Source of the DNA: Gemmatimonadaceae bacterium
Lineage (GTDB): Bacteria > Gemmatimonadota > Gemmatimonadetes > Gemmatimonadales > Gemmatimonadaceae
Reading direction: 5' to 3'
Assembly (NCBI GenBank): GCA_036499625.1
Contig: DASYDJ010000068.1
Location: forward strand, 21,988 to 85,987
Length of the DNA stretch: 64,000 bases
The notes below the pieces were generated by a model. It was not told where the DNA came from and did not search any database. It saw only the letters and a program-made list of their open reading frames with translations. Numbering within the stretch: the stretch's first letter is position 1; the number at the start of each line of letters is the position of its first letter. Shown here in pieces: positions 1-9,591 of this stretch. The position numbers and the translations under genes were made by a program.

Positions 1-44
1 ACTCGATTGCAGTCATACACATTCGACTGCGAGCGCCGCAGGCG

Positions 45-1196
45 CTATCGCGACAGGTAACTCCGCTCCTTCCAGGCGACCCGGTTACCGCGCGCGACCG
101 AACCGACGACGATGTATTCGAGCAGCGCAGCGCCGAGCGGATATAGCAGCGCGTACCACACGGGCTCACCGATGAATCGGTAGACGCCAATCCAGAAGAG
201 GAGTGCCGCCGCCACAATGACTGCGGACCAGACGAGCCACGCATGACCAAGCACGCCTGCAAGGGCGAGCCCGAGCGCGACGGGCGGCGCGAGATTCATG
301 AGGGGCATGCCGACTACCGCCAGCGGAAACAGTGCACGTCCGACCGCGCCGCCCGGCATGGCGTACCGACCGCCGGCGAAAATGTTTTTTCGCCATCCGC
401 CTATGATCTCGCGCAGCGACGCGTACATGTGCGTCGAGAGGTGCGCGAGCGCCAACACGACAGTCACGCGCTTGCCCAGGCGAAAATACAGTTGCGCGAG
501 CGCAAGATCTTCAGCGACGACGTCGCGAACGGACTCGTGGCCGCCAACCGCGTCGTACGCACTTCGCGTCGTCAATATGTATTGCCCGTTCGCAATCACA
601 TCCTCGGCGCGGCGTGCAGCGTTTGTATGCTCGGTGCCGCCGTAGCGCATGGCGAGGAGCGCGAACACCTGCGGCTGAATCACGCGCTCCCAGAAACTAT
701 GAGTTTCCTGATGACCGGAGACGGTCAGCATGTCTGAGCCGCGCTCACGCATCGCATTCACGGCTCGGGCGAGTAGCTCCGGTCCGTGCTGCGTGTCGGC
801 GTCGGTGAAGAGCAACAGTTGGCTGGTCGAGGACGCAGCGCCGGTCGCGCATGCCCACTGCTTTCCAAACCAGCCGTCGGGCAATTCTGGCGCGGGCATC
901 ACATGCAGTCGAGGATCGAGCGGCGCCACGGCGCGAGCGATGTCGCCGGTGCCATCCGTGGAATGATCGTCCACGACGATGACCTCGAACGCATTGTATC
1001 GCGACGCGAGCACCGAACGGACACACCGATCGATGTTGCGCGCCTCGTTGCGGGCGGGAATGATCACCGTCACGGTGGGCGGCGAGTCGCCGGCGTCAGG
1101 CGAGACTTCGTCGAGCGATCGCGAGTGTCGCGCCCGGATGACGGTCACGACGAGAGGTACCAGCCACGGCGCAGTGCAGAGGAGTGGAACGAACAC
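45..1196 (-). CDS. Family 2 glycosyltransferase (membrane-anchored)
   Basis: 383-aa ORF. GT2 core motifs 'VTVIIPARNEARNI', 'EVIVVDDHSTDGT' and 'FTDADT', followed by several hydrophobic C-terminal helices. GTG start. Confidence 0.85.
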   Translation of the reverse strand: MFVPLLCTAPWLVPLVVTVIRARHSRSLDEVSPDAGDSPPTVTVIIPARNEARNIDRCVRSVLASRYNAFEVIVVDDHSTDGTGDIARAVAPLDPRLHVMPAPELPDGWFGKQWACATGAASSTSQLLLFTDADTQHGPELLARAVNAMRERGSDMLTVSGHQETHSFWERVIQPQVFALLAMRYGGTEHTNAARRAEDVIANGQYILTTRSAYDAVGGHESVRDVVAEDLALAQLYFRLGKRVTVVLALAHLSTHMYASLREIIGGWRKNIFAGGRYAMPGGAVGRALFPLAVVGMPLMNLAPPVALGLALAGVLGHAWLVWSAVIVAAALLFWIGVYRFIGEPVWYALLYPLGAALLEYIVVGSVARGNRVAWKERSYLSR

Positions 1197-1257
1197 GCGC
1201 CAAAGCTATGTGGCTTTGGCGCGTGTTGCGACCGGCGCTAGCGCGGTCGAGCGACGA

Positions 1258-1482
1258 TCAGACGGAGCTTCCGCTCCCCGACGACTTGCTGCGATCCGGC
1301 GAGCTGCCGTGCTGGTCGGACTGCTCCGTGCTCGAGCCGCGGCCGGAGCCCTCATAGCCGCTGTCGCTGCTCGAGTTCGAGTCGCGGTCGAACTGCTTCG
1401 ATCCGTTGTCGGGCGACGTATTGGACGGCTTTCGCGACGAGTCACTGAGGTTGTCGCGTCGATTGTCTTGGCGATCCGCCAT
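1258..1482 (-). CDS. Small hydrophilic Ser/Asp/Gly-rich (disordered, hydrophilin-like) protein
   Basis: ATG at 1482 has GGAGGAA 6 nt upstream; the track ORF starts at 1500. 74 aa with no hydrophobic segment. No recognisable domain. Confidence 0.5.
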   Translation of the reverse strand: MADRQDNRRDNLSDSSRKPSNTSPDNGSKQFDRDSNSSSDSGYEGSGRGSSTEQSDQHGSSPDRSKSSGSGSSV

Positions 1483-1632
1483 GTTCGTTCCTCCATGCAT
1501 CTTGAGTCTGGAGCCGGCGCATTGAATCTCACGTATCCGTCGGCACGTGCAGCTTCACTTCGCACGGCTGATGCCACAAAAACAGATAGCGCTGAGTTGA
1601 CGACGCCGAGCTGGTGTGCGTACGTGCTCGTC

Positions 1633-2526
1633 ATGAGAGTTCCTCCATACCTCGCGCCGGGCTCGCGTGTGGCGCTCCTGGCGCCGTCCGGCCCGCTCCA
1701 TGAAGCCGATCTCGAGCACGCCATTGCGTCGGCACGCTCGTTCGAGTGGCAGCCGGTCGTTGGCGCGCACGTCCTCGAGCGTCACGGCTATCTCGCCGGG
1801 AGCGATGCCAATCGCGCTGCCGACTTCAACCGCTTCGCGGCGGATGACGAGATCGACGGGATCTGGTGCCTACGTGGCGGATACGGTGCCATGCGCATCC
1901 TGAACGATCTCGACTACGACGCATGGACTCAGCGTCCCAAGACGTTCATCGGATATTCGGATATTACGGCTCTCCACGCCGCGTTGAGCATTCGCTCACG
2001 GTTCGTGACGTATCATGGCCCGACAGGACGTAGTACGCTCACCGACTTTTCGCGCACCTCGCTGCATGCAGCGGTCGTGACCGGAACGAATCCGTGCGGC
2101 ACGGCAACCAATGCGTCGACGCTTCGCGGCGGATCGGCGCGCGGGCGTCTCGCGGGCGGCAATCTCGCGCTCGTCGCCGCGCTCATGGGGACGCCATTCG
2201 AGATCTCGCTCGACGACGCGATTCTGGTGCTCGAGGACGTGAACGAATCGGTCTACCGCATCGATCGTATGCTCACGCAACTGCGACTCGCCGGCGCGCT
2301 GGACAGGTTGGCGGGCATTGCGTTCGGACACTTCAGCGACATTCCGGACGACGCGACCAACGCCGAGCGCTCGCTCGACGACGTGCTGCAGGAGGTTGCG
2401 GACCACGCTAAAGTTCCATGTCTCGCGCGCATTCCGCTGGGACACATCGACGACCAGTGGACCATTCCGTTGGGCACCATGGCGGAGATCAACGCCGATG
2501 CGCGAACGCTCGTCGTCGAGTCATGA
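1633..2526 (+). CDS. ldcA: LD-carboxypeptidase (peptidase S66, muramoyltetrapeptide carboxypeptidase-like)
   Basis: Track ORF 979..2526 trimmed to in-frame ATG 1633. Motifs 'VALLAPSGP', 'IWCLRGGYG', nucleophile 'GYSDITALH' and C-terminal 'LGHIDDQWTIPLG'. Confidence 0.85.
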   Translation: MRVPPYLAPGSRVALLAPSGPLHEADLEHAIASARSFEWQPVVGAHVLERHGYLAGSDANRAADFNRFAADDEIDGIWCLRGGYGAMRILNDLDYDAWTQRPKTFIGYSDITALHAALSIRSRFVTYHGPTGRSTLTDFSRTSLHAAVVTGTNPCGTATNASTLRGGSARGRLAGGNLALVAALMGTPFEISLDDAILVLEDVNESVYRIDRMLTQLRLAGALDRLAGIAFGHFSDIPDDATNAERSLDDVLQEVADHAKVPCLARIPLGHIDDQWTIPLGTMAEINADARTLVVES

Positions 2527-2575
2527 TCGCCGAGGCGCAGCGCCTCCAGCTTGCTTCATTATCGCACCAACCAGC

Positions 2576-2929
2576 ATGAAAACCGCCCCTGAGCTCATTG
2601 CCGAAGCCAAAGCGCGCATCAAGCAGGTGAGCGTGCCTGAAGTCATGGAGATGCTGAAGAGCAAACAGCCGCCAACACTGCTCGACGTGCGCGATCTCCA
2701 GGAAGTGAACCTCGGCAAAATTCCCGGCGCCGTGCACATCTCGCGCGGCAATCTCGAGACGAAAGTCGAAGCCGTGATCCCGCGCGAGGCGAACGTCGTC
2801 ATCTACTGCGCGTCGGGCAATCGCTCGGCCTTCGCCGCCGACACGCTTCAGCAAATGGGGTATCAACACGTCTCGTCGATGGCCGGCGGTTTTCGCGGAT
2901 GGGCTGAGGCCGGCGGCGACGTCGAGTAG
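2576..2929 (+). CDS. Single-domain rhodanese-like sulfurtransferase
   Basis: Trimmed to ATG 2576. 'LLDVRDLQEV' and active-site loop 'IYCASGNRS'. Confidence 0.85.
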   Translation: MKTAPELIAEAKARIKQVSVPEVMEMLKSKQPPTLLDVRDLQEVNLGKIPGAVHISRGNLETKVEAVIPREANVVIYCASGNRSAFAADTLQQMGYQHVSSMAGGFRGWAEAGGDVE

Positions 2930-2941
2930 GGTCGGAGTACG

Positions 2942-3553
2942 GTGACCACGCTCGACCAGATTCTCGCGCATCCGGACATCGCGCGATTGGCTCTGCGACT
3001 CGCGGAGCATGCCGGTCGCACCATGACAATCGAAGCTCCGGCGCGTGGCGCGGCAATCGCGCTCGTCCTGCGCTATGCCGCACACGACGAACCCGAGCTG
3101 CTGCTCATCAAGCGTGCGGAATTCGATCAGGATCCGTGGAGCGGGCACATCGCATGTCCGGGGGGCCGAATGGATCCGGGCGACCGCGATCTCGAGCAGA
3201 CGGCGATTCGCGAGACGTGGGAAGAAACGGGCATCGACCTCGCGCGCGACGGACGCATACTCGGCACGCTCGACGACATCAGTCCGCGGACGCCACGACT
3301 GCCGGCGCTGGTCATTCGTCCGTTCGTCGCCGTCGTGAAGCCGGACGTCGTGATCGTTGACAGTCCGGAGGTGGCCGAAGCATTCTGGGTTCCGCTCAAT
3401 GCTGTGCGCGCCGCCGCGTCGTGGGGACGCGGAATTGTGAACATCCGCGGCCTCGGCGAGCGCGAGGAAGACGTGTTTCGCCACGGCGAGCACACGGTGT
3501 GGGGGCTCACACACCGTGCACTGCGACAGTTCGTGGAACTAGTCGGACCGTAG
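2942..3553 (+). CDS. Nudix hydrolase (CoA-pyrophosphatase-like)
   Basis: Nudix box 'GGRMDPGDRDLEQTAIRETWEETGI'. GTG start with GGAG upstream. Confidence 0.85.
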   Translation: MTTLDQILAHPDIARLALRLAEHAGRTMTIEAPARGAAIALVLRYAAHDEPELLLIKRAEFDQDPWSGHIACPGGRMDPGDRDLEQTAIRETWEETGIDLARDGRILGTLDDISPRTPRLPALVIRPFVAVVKPDVVIVDSPEVAEAFWVPLNAVRAAASWGRGIVNIRGLGEREEDVFRHGEHTVWGLTHRALRQFVELVGP

Positions 3554-6121
3554 CGCCGAGATCGGGTCGACGCGCGCGGCACGCAGCGCAGGACGCGCAC
3601 AGCCGACGACCGTCGCGACGACGCACAAACACAGCCCGATCGTCAGACTCACCGGATCGCTCGGCGACACGCCGGCGAGCAACGCCTGCATCGCGCGGCC
3701 CGCGGCGTATGCGAGAGCAATTCCTGGCACCGCGCCAAGCAGTGCGAGTGTCAGCCCTTGGCGCATGATCATGCCGACGATCTCCCGAGTCTCTGCGCCA
3801 AGTGCCATGCGGACGCCAATCTCTTGCGTGCGCTGCGAGACGGTGAACGACAGCAATCCGTGAATTCCGACTCCGGAAAGCAGGAGCGCAATGATCGCGA
3901 GGATCGCCAGCACGCGGAGTTGTGAAGCGCGCGGCGCCGTTTCGGTCGAGACGATGTCGTCCATCGTGCGCACGTCAGACAACGGCTGCTGCGGGTCGGC
4001 CTCGTGAACGATGCGACGCAGCTCGGGAATCAACGTGGCCGGCGACGAGCTGGATCGAATGACGAGATCCTTCGGCGTGTAGAACACGAGCGAACCGGAG
4101 TCGACCTGCTGACTCGGCACATAGACCTGCGGTTCGCTCTCGATCTCCAATCCGCGAACGCGTACGTCGCCGGCGATGCCGACGATCGTGCGTTCATGCA
4201 AGCCGATCGTGAAGCGTTTGCCGATCGGATCTTCGCGCGGCCAGTAGCGTGTCACGAACGACTGACTGACCACCGCCGTGTATGGATGCCCGGCGTCGTC
4301 CGTCTCCGCGACATCGCGGCCGCGAAGCAGTGGAATACGCAGCGTCGAGAAATACTGTGGTGTGATGAGGCGGAGGCTCGCCTTGTCAGCGCCGTTTCGA
4401 TCGAGGTTGCGTCCGTTGATGATCACCGGCCAGATGCCGCCGCCCATTGCGATCGGCAGAAAGCTGGCGTACGCGGCGCCGCTCACGCCGGGGAGCGCGC
4501 GCAGGTCCGACAACACGGTGTTGTAGAACCGTTCGCGAACGAGTGGCTCGGCATACTTTGGCCACGCGAGCGCCGTTCGCGCGGTGAGCACGTCACTCGT
4601 CTCTATTCCCGGATCGACCGACTCGATTCGTAGCATTGCGCGCACTAACAGTCCGGACGCGACGAGCAGAACGAGCGACGCCATGACTTCGACCGAAACG
4701 AGCGCGGCGCGCACACGCTGTTTGCGCCCGCCTCCGGCGCGGGCGCCGTCGCGCAATGCGGTCATCGAGTCCGCTCGCCCAGCGCGGAGCGCCGGCACGA
4801 TGCCGAACGCGAGGCCGGTGAGCGCAATCGTCGCTGCCGCAAACAAGAGCACGCGCAGATCGACAGATGGTTGTTCGTTCACCGGCAACGTGCTCGGAAC
4901 CAATCGCGCGAGTGCCGGCACCGCGACGACGGCGAGCGCGACGCCGGCGATTCCGCCAAGCAGCGCGAGCATTAGACTTTCCGTAACGACTTGCCGAACG
5001 AGGCGCTCGCGCCCCGCGCCGAGCGCGGCGCGCACGGCGATTTCGCGCTCGCGGCTCGACGCGCGCGCCAACAGCAAGCTCGCGAGATTCGCACAGGCGA
5101 GCAGCAAAATGCACAGCGTTGCGCCACACAGCGCGATGAGTAGCAGGCGTGCGCGCTGGGACATCTCGTCGCTCAGTGCGTTGACGCTCGCGCGAACGTG
5201 CTCGTTGTCCTTGGGATAGCGGCGCTCCGCCTGCGCGGCGATCAGATTTGCTTCGCTCAGCGCGCGCTCGACGGTGACGCCTGGCTTCAACCGGCCAACC
5301 ACTTTCAAATAGTTGTTGCCTCGGTCGTCGAAGTCGCCGGCCGCGAAACCCACCGTGGTCCAGAGCGCGGTCGTGCGAGTCGGGAAGCCGAACGTCGCCG
5401 GCATGACGCCGATGACCGTGTACGATTTGCCGTCGAGCGAGACATGCGCGCCGATCACCGACTCATCAGCGCCGAAATAGGTGCGCCAGAGCGAATTGCT
5501 GACAATCACCGATTGACCGGCGACAGTGTCCGCCACGGTGAACATGCGGCCGAACGCAGGCTGTACGCCGAGTAGCGGCAGCATCGTCGCGGTGACGGCG
5601 GCTGACTCCACGCGGAGTGGATCGCCGCGACCGCTGAGGTTCATTGCCGTCGGCACATAGACGCCGAGTGCGGAGAAGGACGTCGCCCCTGCTTGAAGAT
5701 CCCGGTAATTGCCGGGTGAAAATTCGTACCGTCCATAACCTGGAACGCTCTCCCACACCTTCACGAGTTGATTGGGATGGGGGAAAGGCAGTGGACGCAG
5801 GAGCGCGAAGTCGGCGACGGAGAACGCAGCCGTGTTCGCACCGACTCCGAGCGCGACCACGAGCACTGCCGTGACGGTAAATGCGGGCGCCCTCCGCAGC
5901 GCACGCCACGTATATCGGAGATCGTAGCGCAGTATCTCGAGATGTTCGGCGACGGCGTTCGGGATGACGTCAGCGAGTGCCGCGACGAACATCGTGAGTT
6001 GGCCGGCGCCGCCGCGCACGTCGGAGTGACGCGCGGCGAAGGCGGCATAGAGCTCGTCGCCGTATTCGTCCCGGAATGAGGCCGGGTATAGGCGCAGCAG
6101 GGTGCGGTAGAAGCGCATCAT
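3539..6121 (-). CDS. Duplicated FtsX/MacB-type ABC permease (ADOP family)
   Basis: 860 aa with two FtsX 4-TM modules and two large periplasmic domains. N-terminal 'LRYDLRYTWRALRRAPAFT'. Start overlaps the padR stop. Confidence 0.85.
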   Translation of the reverse strand: MMRFYRTLLRLYPASFRDEYGDELYAAFAARHSDVRGGAGQLTMFVAALADVIPNAVAEHLEILRYDLRYTWRALRRAPAFTVTAVLVVALGVGANTAAFSVADFALLRPLPFPHPNQLVKVWESVPGYGRYEFSPGNYRDLQAGATSFSALGVYVPTAMNLSGRGDPLRVESAAVTATMLPLLGVQPAFGRMFTVADTVAGQSVIVSNSLWRTYFGADESVIGAHVSLDGKSYTVIGVMPATFGFPTRTTALWTTVGFAAGDFDDRGNNYLKVVGRLKPGVTVERALSEANLIAAQAERRYPKDNEHVRASVNALSDEMSQRARLLLIALCGATLCILLLACANLASLLLARASSREREIAVRAALGAGRERLVRQVVTESLMLALLGGIAGVALAVVAVPALARLVPSTLPVNEQPSVDLRVLLFAAATIALTGLAFGIVPALRAGRADSMTALRDGARAGGGRKQRVRAALVSVEVMASLVLLVASGLLVRAMLRIESVDPGIETSDVLTARTALAWPKYAEPLVRERFYNTVLSDLRALPGVSGAAYASFLPIAMGGGIWPVIINGRNLDRNGADKASLRLITPQYFSTLRIPLLRGRDVAETDDAGHPYTAVVSQSFVTRYWPREDPIGKRFTIGLHERTIVGIAGDVRVRGLEIESEPQVYVPSQQVDSGSLVFYTPKDLVIRSSSSPATLIPELRRIVHEADPQQPLSDVRTMDDIVSTETAPRASQLRVLAILAIIALLLSGVGIHGLLSFTVSQRTQEIGVRMALGAETREIVGMIMRQGLTLALLGAVPGIALAYAAGRAMQALLAGVSPSDPVSLTIGLCLCVVATVVGCARPALRAARVDPISALRSD

Positions 6122-6480
6122 GTTGTCTCCGGCGTGAGCCCACGTGCACGCGCGAGTCGGACGAGCTGCGTCAGCCGTCGCATTTCGGCGCGTGCGACCG
6201 CCGTGCCGAACGCTGTGATCGAGTAGTAGCGTCGTCGCTCGTCGTCGAGCGCGGGCGCTGGTCGGGTACGCGCTTCGACCACCAACCCTTGCTCGAGCAT
6301 TCGCTGAATGGAGCGATACAGTGTGCCCGGGCTCAGCCGCAGCTCGCCTTCGGTGCGGACGAGCACATCCTGGATGATGGCGTAGCCGTGCCGATCTTCG
6401 TCGGACAACGACATCAGGATGTGGAACGTGGCCGGCGGTAGCGGCAGGAGCGCATCGACTTCGTCACGAGTATGACTCAT
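6118..6480 (-). CDS. PadR family transcriptional regulator
   Basis: 120 aa. Winged-helix signature 'FHILMSLSDEDRHGYAIIQDV...LSPGTLYRSIQRMLEQGLV'. Overlaps the downstream permease gene. Confidence 0.9.
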   Translation of the reverse strand: MSHTRDEVDALLPLPPATFHILMSLSDEDRHGYAIIQDVLVRTEGELRLSPGTLYRSIQRMLEQGLVVEARTRPAPALDDERRRYYSITAFGTAVARAEMRRLTQLVRLARARGLTPETT

Positions 6481-6489
6481 GCGAAGGAA

Positions 6490-6525
6490 ACTATACCCAC
6501 AGTGGATATATTACCAATGGATATA
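6490..6525 (-). promoter_or_regulatory. Putative padR promoter with palindromic operator (near-leaderless)
   Basis: Minus strand: TTGGTA (6517-6512), 16 nt, TATAGT (6495-6490), 9 nt, ATG (6480). A 19-bp imperfect palindrome TATACCCAC-A-GTGGATATA (6492-6510) lies between the boxes. A second TGGATATA sits at 6518-6525. Confidence 0.45.
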
Positions 6526-6533
6526 ATGTCCGA

Positions 6534-6908
6534 TCAGCGCTTCTCCTCCATCAGCGCCATCACGTTGCCCTCTGAATCCTTGAACGACGCCAGCCAGAGC
6601 TGGTGATCCGGCATTTGCGCGATCATGTGCGGGGTGTCGATGAACTTGACGCCCTGCGCCATGAGCTCGGTGTGCATGTTCTCGATGCCAGTGACCGAGT
6701 AGTAGAGCATCGATCCGAGATGGTCGTACTCGCCCTCAGCGCTCGTGAGCATGAGGCGCACGCCGCCGCAGTCGAAGAACGACAGCGTAGGACCCGCGGC
6801 GAAGAGAAAACGCATCCCGAGCACGTCCCGGTAGAAGGCCGTGGCCCGGCCGACGTCGGCGCATACGACGGCGATCTGAGCGATGCGGGACTGAGCCAGC
6901 GTAGCCAT
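6534..6908 (-). CDS. VOC/glyoxalase family protein
   Basis: 124 aa. 'IAQIAVVCADVGRATAFYRDVLGM' and 'FKDSEGNVMAL'. Confidence 0.8.
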   Translation of the reverse strand: MATLAQSRIAQIAVVCADVGRATAFYRDVLGMRFLFAAGPTLSFFDCGGVRLMLTSAEGEYDHLGSMLYYSVTGIENMHTELMAQGVKFIDTPHMIAQMPDHQLWLASFKDSEGNVMALMEEKR

Positions 6909-7009
6909 GGCGATGGGGCTCGATGTGAAGGAAACCGTCCGAAGCTCCCCGCAATGTGTGGCTCACGGGAATCCGCGGCCAGACGTTGACGAGTCGATGA
7001 TGCAGCCAT

Positions 7010-7029
7010 AAGTTAGTGGAAGCTAACTT
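7010..7029 (+). promoter_or_regulatory. Candidate DtxR/MntR-type operator upstream of mntH
   Basis: Perfect inverted repeat AAGTTAG-N6-CTAACTT, 28 nt upstream of the mntH ATG. It overlaps a possible promoter TTGACG (6986-6991), N17, TAAGTT (7009-7014). Confidence 0.4.
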
Positions 7030-7056
7030 TCTATTGCCTGTCGCCTAATCATCAAT

Positions 7057-8463
7057 ATGGCCAACCCTAAACTCAGCTCGCAGCAAAACGACTCGGGCGA
7101 GGAGGGTGGGCACACGGGCGAACACACCGGTGAGCATACCGGCGAACACGGCTGGCGCCGCTCGCGCGTCGCGCCGAGCCTGCAGGACGTCTATCGAAGC
7201 GTCCCGGTGGTCGGGAAAGGCTTTTTCGGCAAGCTGCTCGCGTTCGCCGGGCCGGGCTATCTCGTCGCCGTCGGATACATGGACCCCGGCAACTGGGCGA
7301 CCGACCTCGCCGGCGGCTCGCGCTTCGGCTACACGCTGCTCAGCATCGTGCTCATCTCCAATCTCATGGCGGTGCTCCTGCAGGGACTCGCGTCCAAGCT
7401 CGGCATCGTCACGGGACGCGATCTCGCGCAGGCCTGCCGCGACCACTATCCGCGCCCGGTCACCGTCACGCTTTGGCTGCTCTGTGAGATCGCCATCGCC
7501 GCCTGCGACCTCGCGGAAGTCATCGGGTCGGCGATCGCACTGAACCTGCTGTTCCATCTGCCGGTCGCCATCGGTGTCGTCGTCACCGGCTTCGACGTGC
7601 TGCTGCTGCTGACGCTGCAGAATCGAGGCGTGCGTGTGCTCGAAGCGCTGGTGATCACGCTGATCGCCACAGTGGGTCTCTGTTTTCTATTCGAGATCAT
7701 TCTCGCGCGGCCGGACATCACTGCCGTCGCCAAGGGCTTCTTGCCCTCGGCGAACATCGTCACCGATCGCGAGATGCTCTACGTCGCGATCGGCATTTTG
7801 GGCGCCACCGTCATGCCGCACAACTTGTATCTGCATTCGTCCATCGTGCAGACGCGGCGGTACGAAGAAACGGCGGCCGGCAAGCGTGAAGCAGTCATGT
7901 TTGCGTTCGTCGACTCCACGATTGCGTTGAGCTTTGCGTTCTTCATCAACGCGGCGATTCTCATCATTGCCGCGGCCACGTTCCACACATCGGGACATGC
8001 GGCGGTCGCAGAGATCCAGGACGCCCACAAGCTGCTGACGCCGCTGCTTGGCGCCGGTGCGAGCACGGCATTCGCGCTCGCGCTGCTGGCGTCCGGCCAG
8101 AACTCCACGCTCACCGGCACGCTCGCCGGCCAGATCGTGATGGAGGGCTTCCTCAACATCCGAATCCGGCCGTGGCTGCGCCGACTCATCACCCGGTCGA
8201 TCGCCATTGTGCCGGCGGCCATCGTGGCCATCTTCTACGGCGAGAGCGGAACGGCCAAACTGCTCATTCTCAGCCAGGTGATTTTGAGCCTGCAATTGTC
8301 TTTCGCGGTTTTTCCGCTCATCGCCTTCACATCCGATCGCGCCAAGATGGGAGAGTTCGTCAATCCCGTCTGGCTCAAGGCGCTGGCGTGGCTCGTGGGC
8401 ATCGTCATCGCCGTGCTTAACGCATGGCTGTTGGTGTCGATCGTTCGCACCTGGATGGCTTGA
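7057..8463 (+). CDS. mntH: Nramp-family divalent metal (Mn2+/Fe2+):H+ symporter
   Basis: 468 aa. Signatures '[20 protein letters not shown]' and '[12 protein letters not shown]'. Polytopic membrane protein. Confidence 0.95.
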   Translation: MANPKLSSQQNDSGEEGGHTGEHTGEHTGEHGWRRSRVAPSLQDVYRSVPVVGKGFFGKLLAFAGPGYLVAVGYMDPGNWATDLAGGSRFGYTLLSIVLISNLMAVLLQGLASKLGIVTGRDLAQACRDHYPRPVTVTLWLLCEIAIAACDLAEVIGSAIALNLLFHLPVAIGVVVTGFDVLLLLTLQNRGVRVLEALVITLIATVGLCFLFEIILARPDITAVAKGFLPSANIVTDREMLYVAIGILGATVMPHNLYLHSSIVQTRRYEETAAGKREAVMFAFVDSTIALSFAFFINAAILIIAAATFHTSGHAAVAEIQDAHKLLTPLLGAGASTAFALALLASGQNSTLTGTLAGQIVMEGFLNIRIRPWLRRLITRSIAIVPAAIVAIFYGESGTAKLLILSQVILSLQLSFAVFPLIAFTSDRAKMGEFVNPVWLKALAWLVGIVIAVLNAWLLVSIVRTWMA

Positions 8464-8915
8464 TGTATACCCGGATCCTCGTTCCGCTCGAGCATTCGTC
8501 GTATGACGCCGCGATCGTGGAACACGTGCGCAAGCTCGCCGCGTTCTGCGGCGCATCCGTGGTGCTGATCCACGTCGCCGACGGCTGGGCGGCTCGCAAC
8601 GTCCAGCAGTTGAACACGCGCGAGTCCGAGGAAATGCGAGCCGACCGCGAGTATCTCGAGCGGACCTGCGAATCGCTCGAAGGATCGGGATTGGTCGCCG
8701 AGTGCGTGCTCGCCGGCGGCGATCCGTCGCGCGAGATCTCGGATGCCGCCGAACGCGAAGGCTGCGATCTCATTGCGATGTCGACGCACGGTCATCGCTT
8801 CATCAAAGACATGATCTACGGAAGCGTTGCCAATGAGGTGCGCCACCTGTCGCGCATTCCGGTGTTGTTAGTGCGTGGCGAGCGGCGGAATACGCCGCGG
8901 GACACACCGCAATGA
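8463..8915 (+). CDS. Universal stress protein (UspA family)
   Basis: ATG 8463 overlaps the mntH stop (TGATG). Motifs 'ILVPLEHS', 'VVLIHV', 'DLIAMSTHGH' and 'GSVANEVRHLSRIPVLLV'. Confidence 0.85.
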   Translation: MYTRILVPLEHSSYDAAIVEHVRKLAAFCGASVVLIHVADGWAARNVQQLNTRESEEMRADREYLERTCESLEGSGLVAECVLAGGDPSREISDAAEREGCDLIAMSTHGHRFIKDMIYGSVANEVRHLSRIPVLLVRGERRNTPRDTPQ

Positions 8916-9586
8916 GCACGACGCGAACGATTCCCGAGCTGACGGCGCCAGTTGAGGATTATCTAAAGGTCATCTTCGAGCTCGAAGCCGGCGGCGGCGT
9001 CGCCGGCACCAACGAGATCGCATCGACACTCGGCGTCGCACCCGCGTCGGTCAGCGGCATGGTGCGGCGGTTGGCGGATCAGGGGCTCATCGCGCACGAA
9101 CGCTATCGTGGCGTGCAGCTCACCAAGGCGGGCCGCCTCGCCGCCCTGCGCACGATTCGCCGTCACCGAATCATCGAGGCGTATCTGACGACCGCGCTCG
9201 GCTACCCGTGGGATCGCGTGCACGACGAGGCCGAGCGCCTCGAGCATGCTGCGTCGGATGAGCTGATCGATCGCATGGCGGCGGCCATCGGTGAGCCGAC
9301 GACCGATCCGCACGGCGCGCCAATTCCCACGCGCGACGGAACGCTGGACGAGCAACCGCTGCAGACGCTCGACGCCGTGGAAGTTGGAGCGCGCGTGTGC
9401 GTTCAACGCGTCGGCGATCGCGACGCCGAGCAGTTGCGCTATTTGGCGGAGCTGGGAATCATGCCTGGGCGTCGCGTCGAAGTGCTGGCACGCGCGCCGT
9501 TCGACGGGCCGATTTCGCTTCGTGTGGGACGCCTTACGCGAACGATCGGCGCTGGATTGGCCAAGCGGATTCTCGTTGGGCCGTAA
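8912..9586 (+). CDS. mntR: DtxR/MntR family metal-dependent transcriptional regulator with C-terminal FeoA/SH3-like domain
   Basis: 224 aa. HTH 'TNEIASTLGVAPASVSGMVRRL' and 'RHRIIEAYL...HDEAERLEH'. Start overlaps the usp stop (ATGA). Lies in the same operon as mntH. Confidence 0.85.
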   Translation: MSTTRTIPELTAPVEDYLKVIFELEAGGGVAGTNEIASTLGVAPASVSGMVRRLADQGLIAHERYRGVQLTKAGRLAALRTIRRHRIIEAYLTTALGYPWDRVHDEAERLEHAASDELIDRMAAAIGEPTTDPHGAPIPTRDGTLDEQPLQTLDAVEVGARVCVQRVGDRDAEQLRYLAELGIMPGRRVEVLARAPFDGPISLRVGRLTRTIGAGLAKRILVGP

Positions 9587-9591
9587 ACCCT

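Noticed and set aside
979-1632. N-terminal 218 codons of the 515-aa track ORF preceding the LD-carboxypeptidase
   Set aside because: The sequence is Arg/Ala-rich with no domain and overlaps the divergent small gene and promoter region. Peptidase S66 similarity starts at the in-frame ATG 1633.
2489-3514. 341-aa minus-strand ORF, and similar long antisense ORFs (for example 7687-8556, 32023-33426, 35624-36514, 42195-42962, 58760-59512)
   Set aside because: They lie antisense to genes with clear family signatures. Their Arg/Ala/Gly-rich composition is typical of GC-rich non-coding frames, and they have no recognisable motifs.
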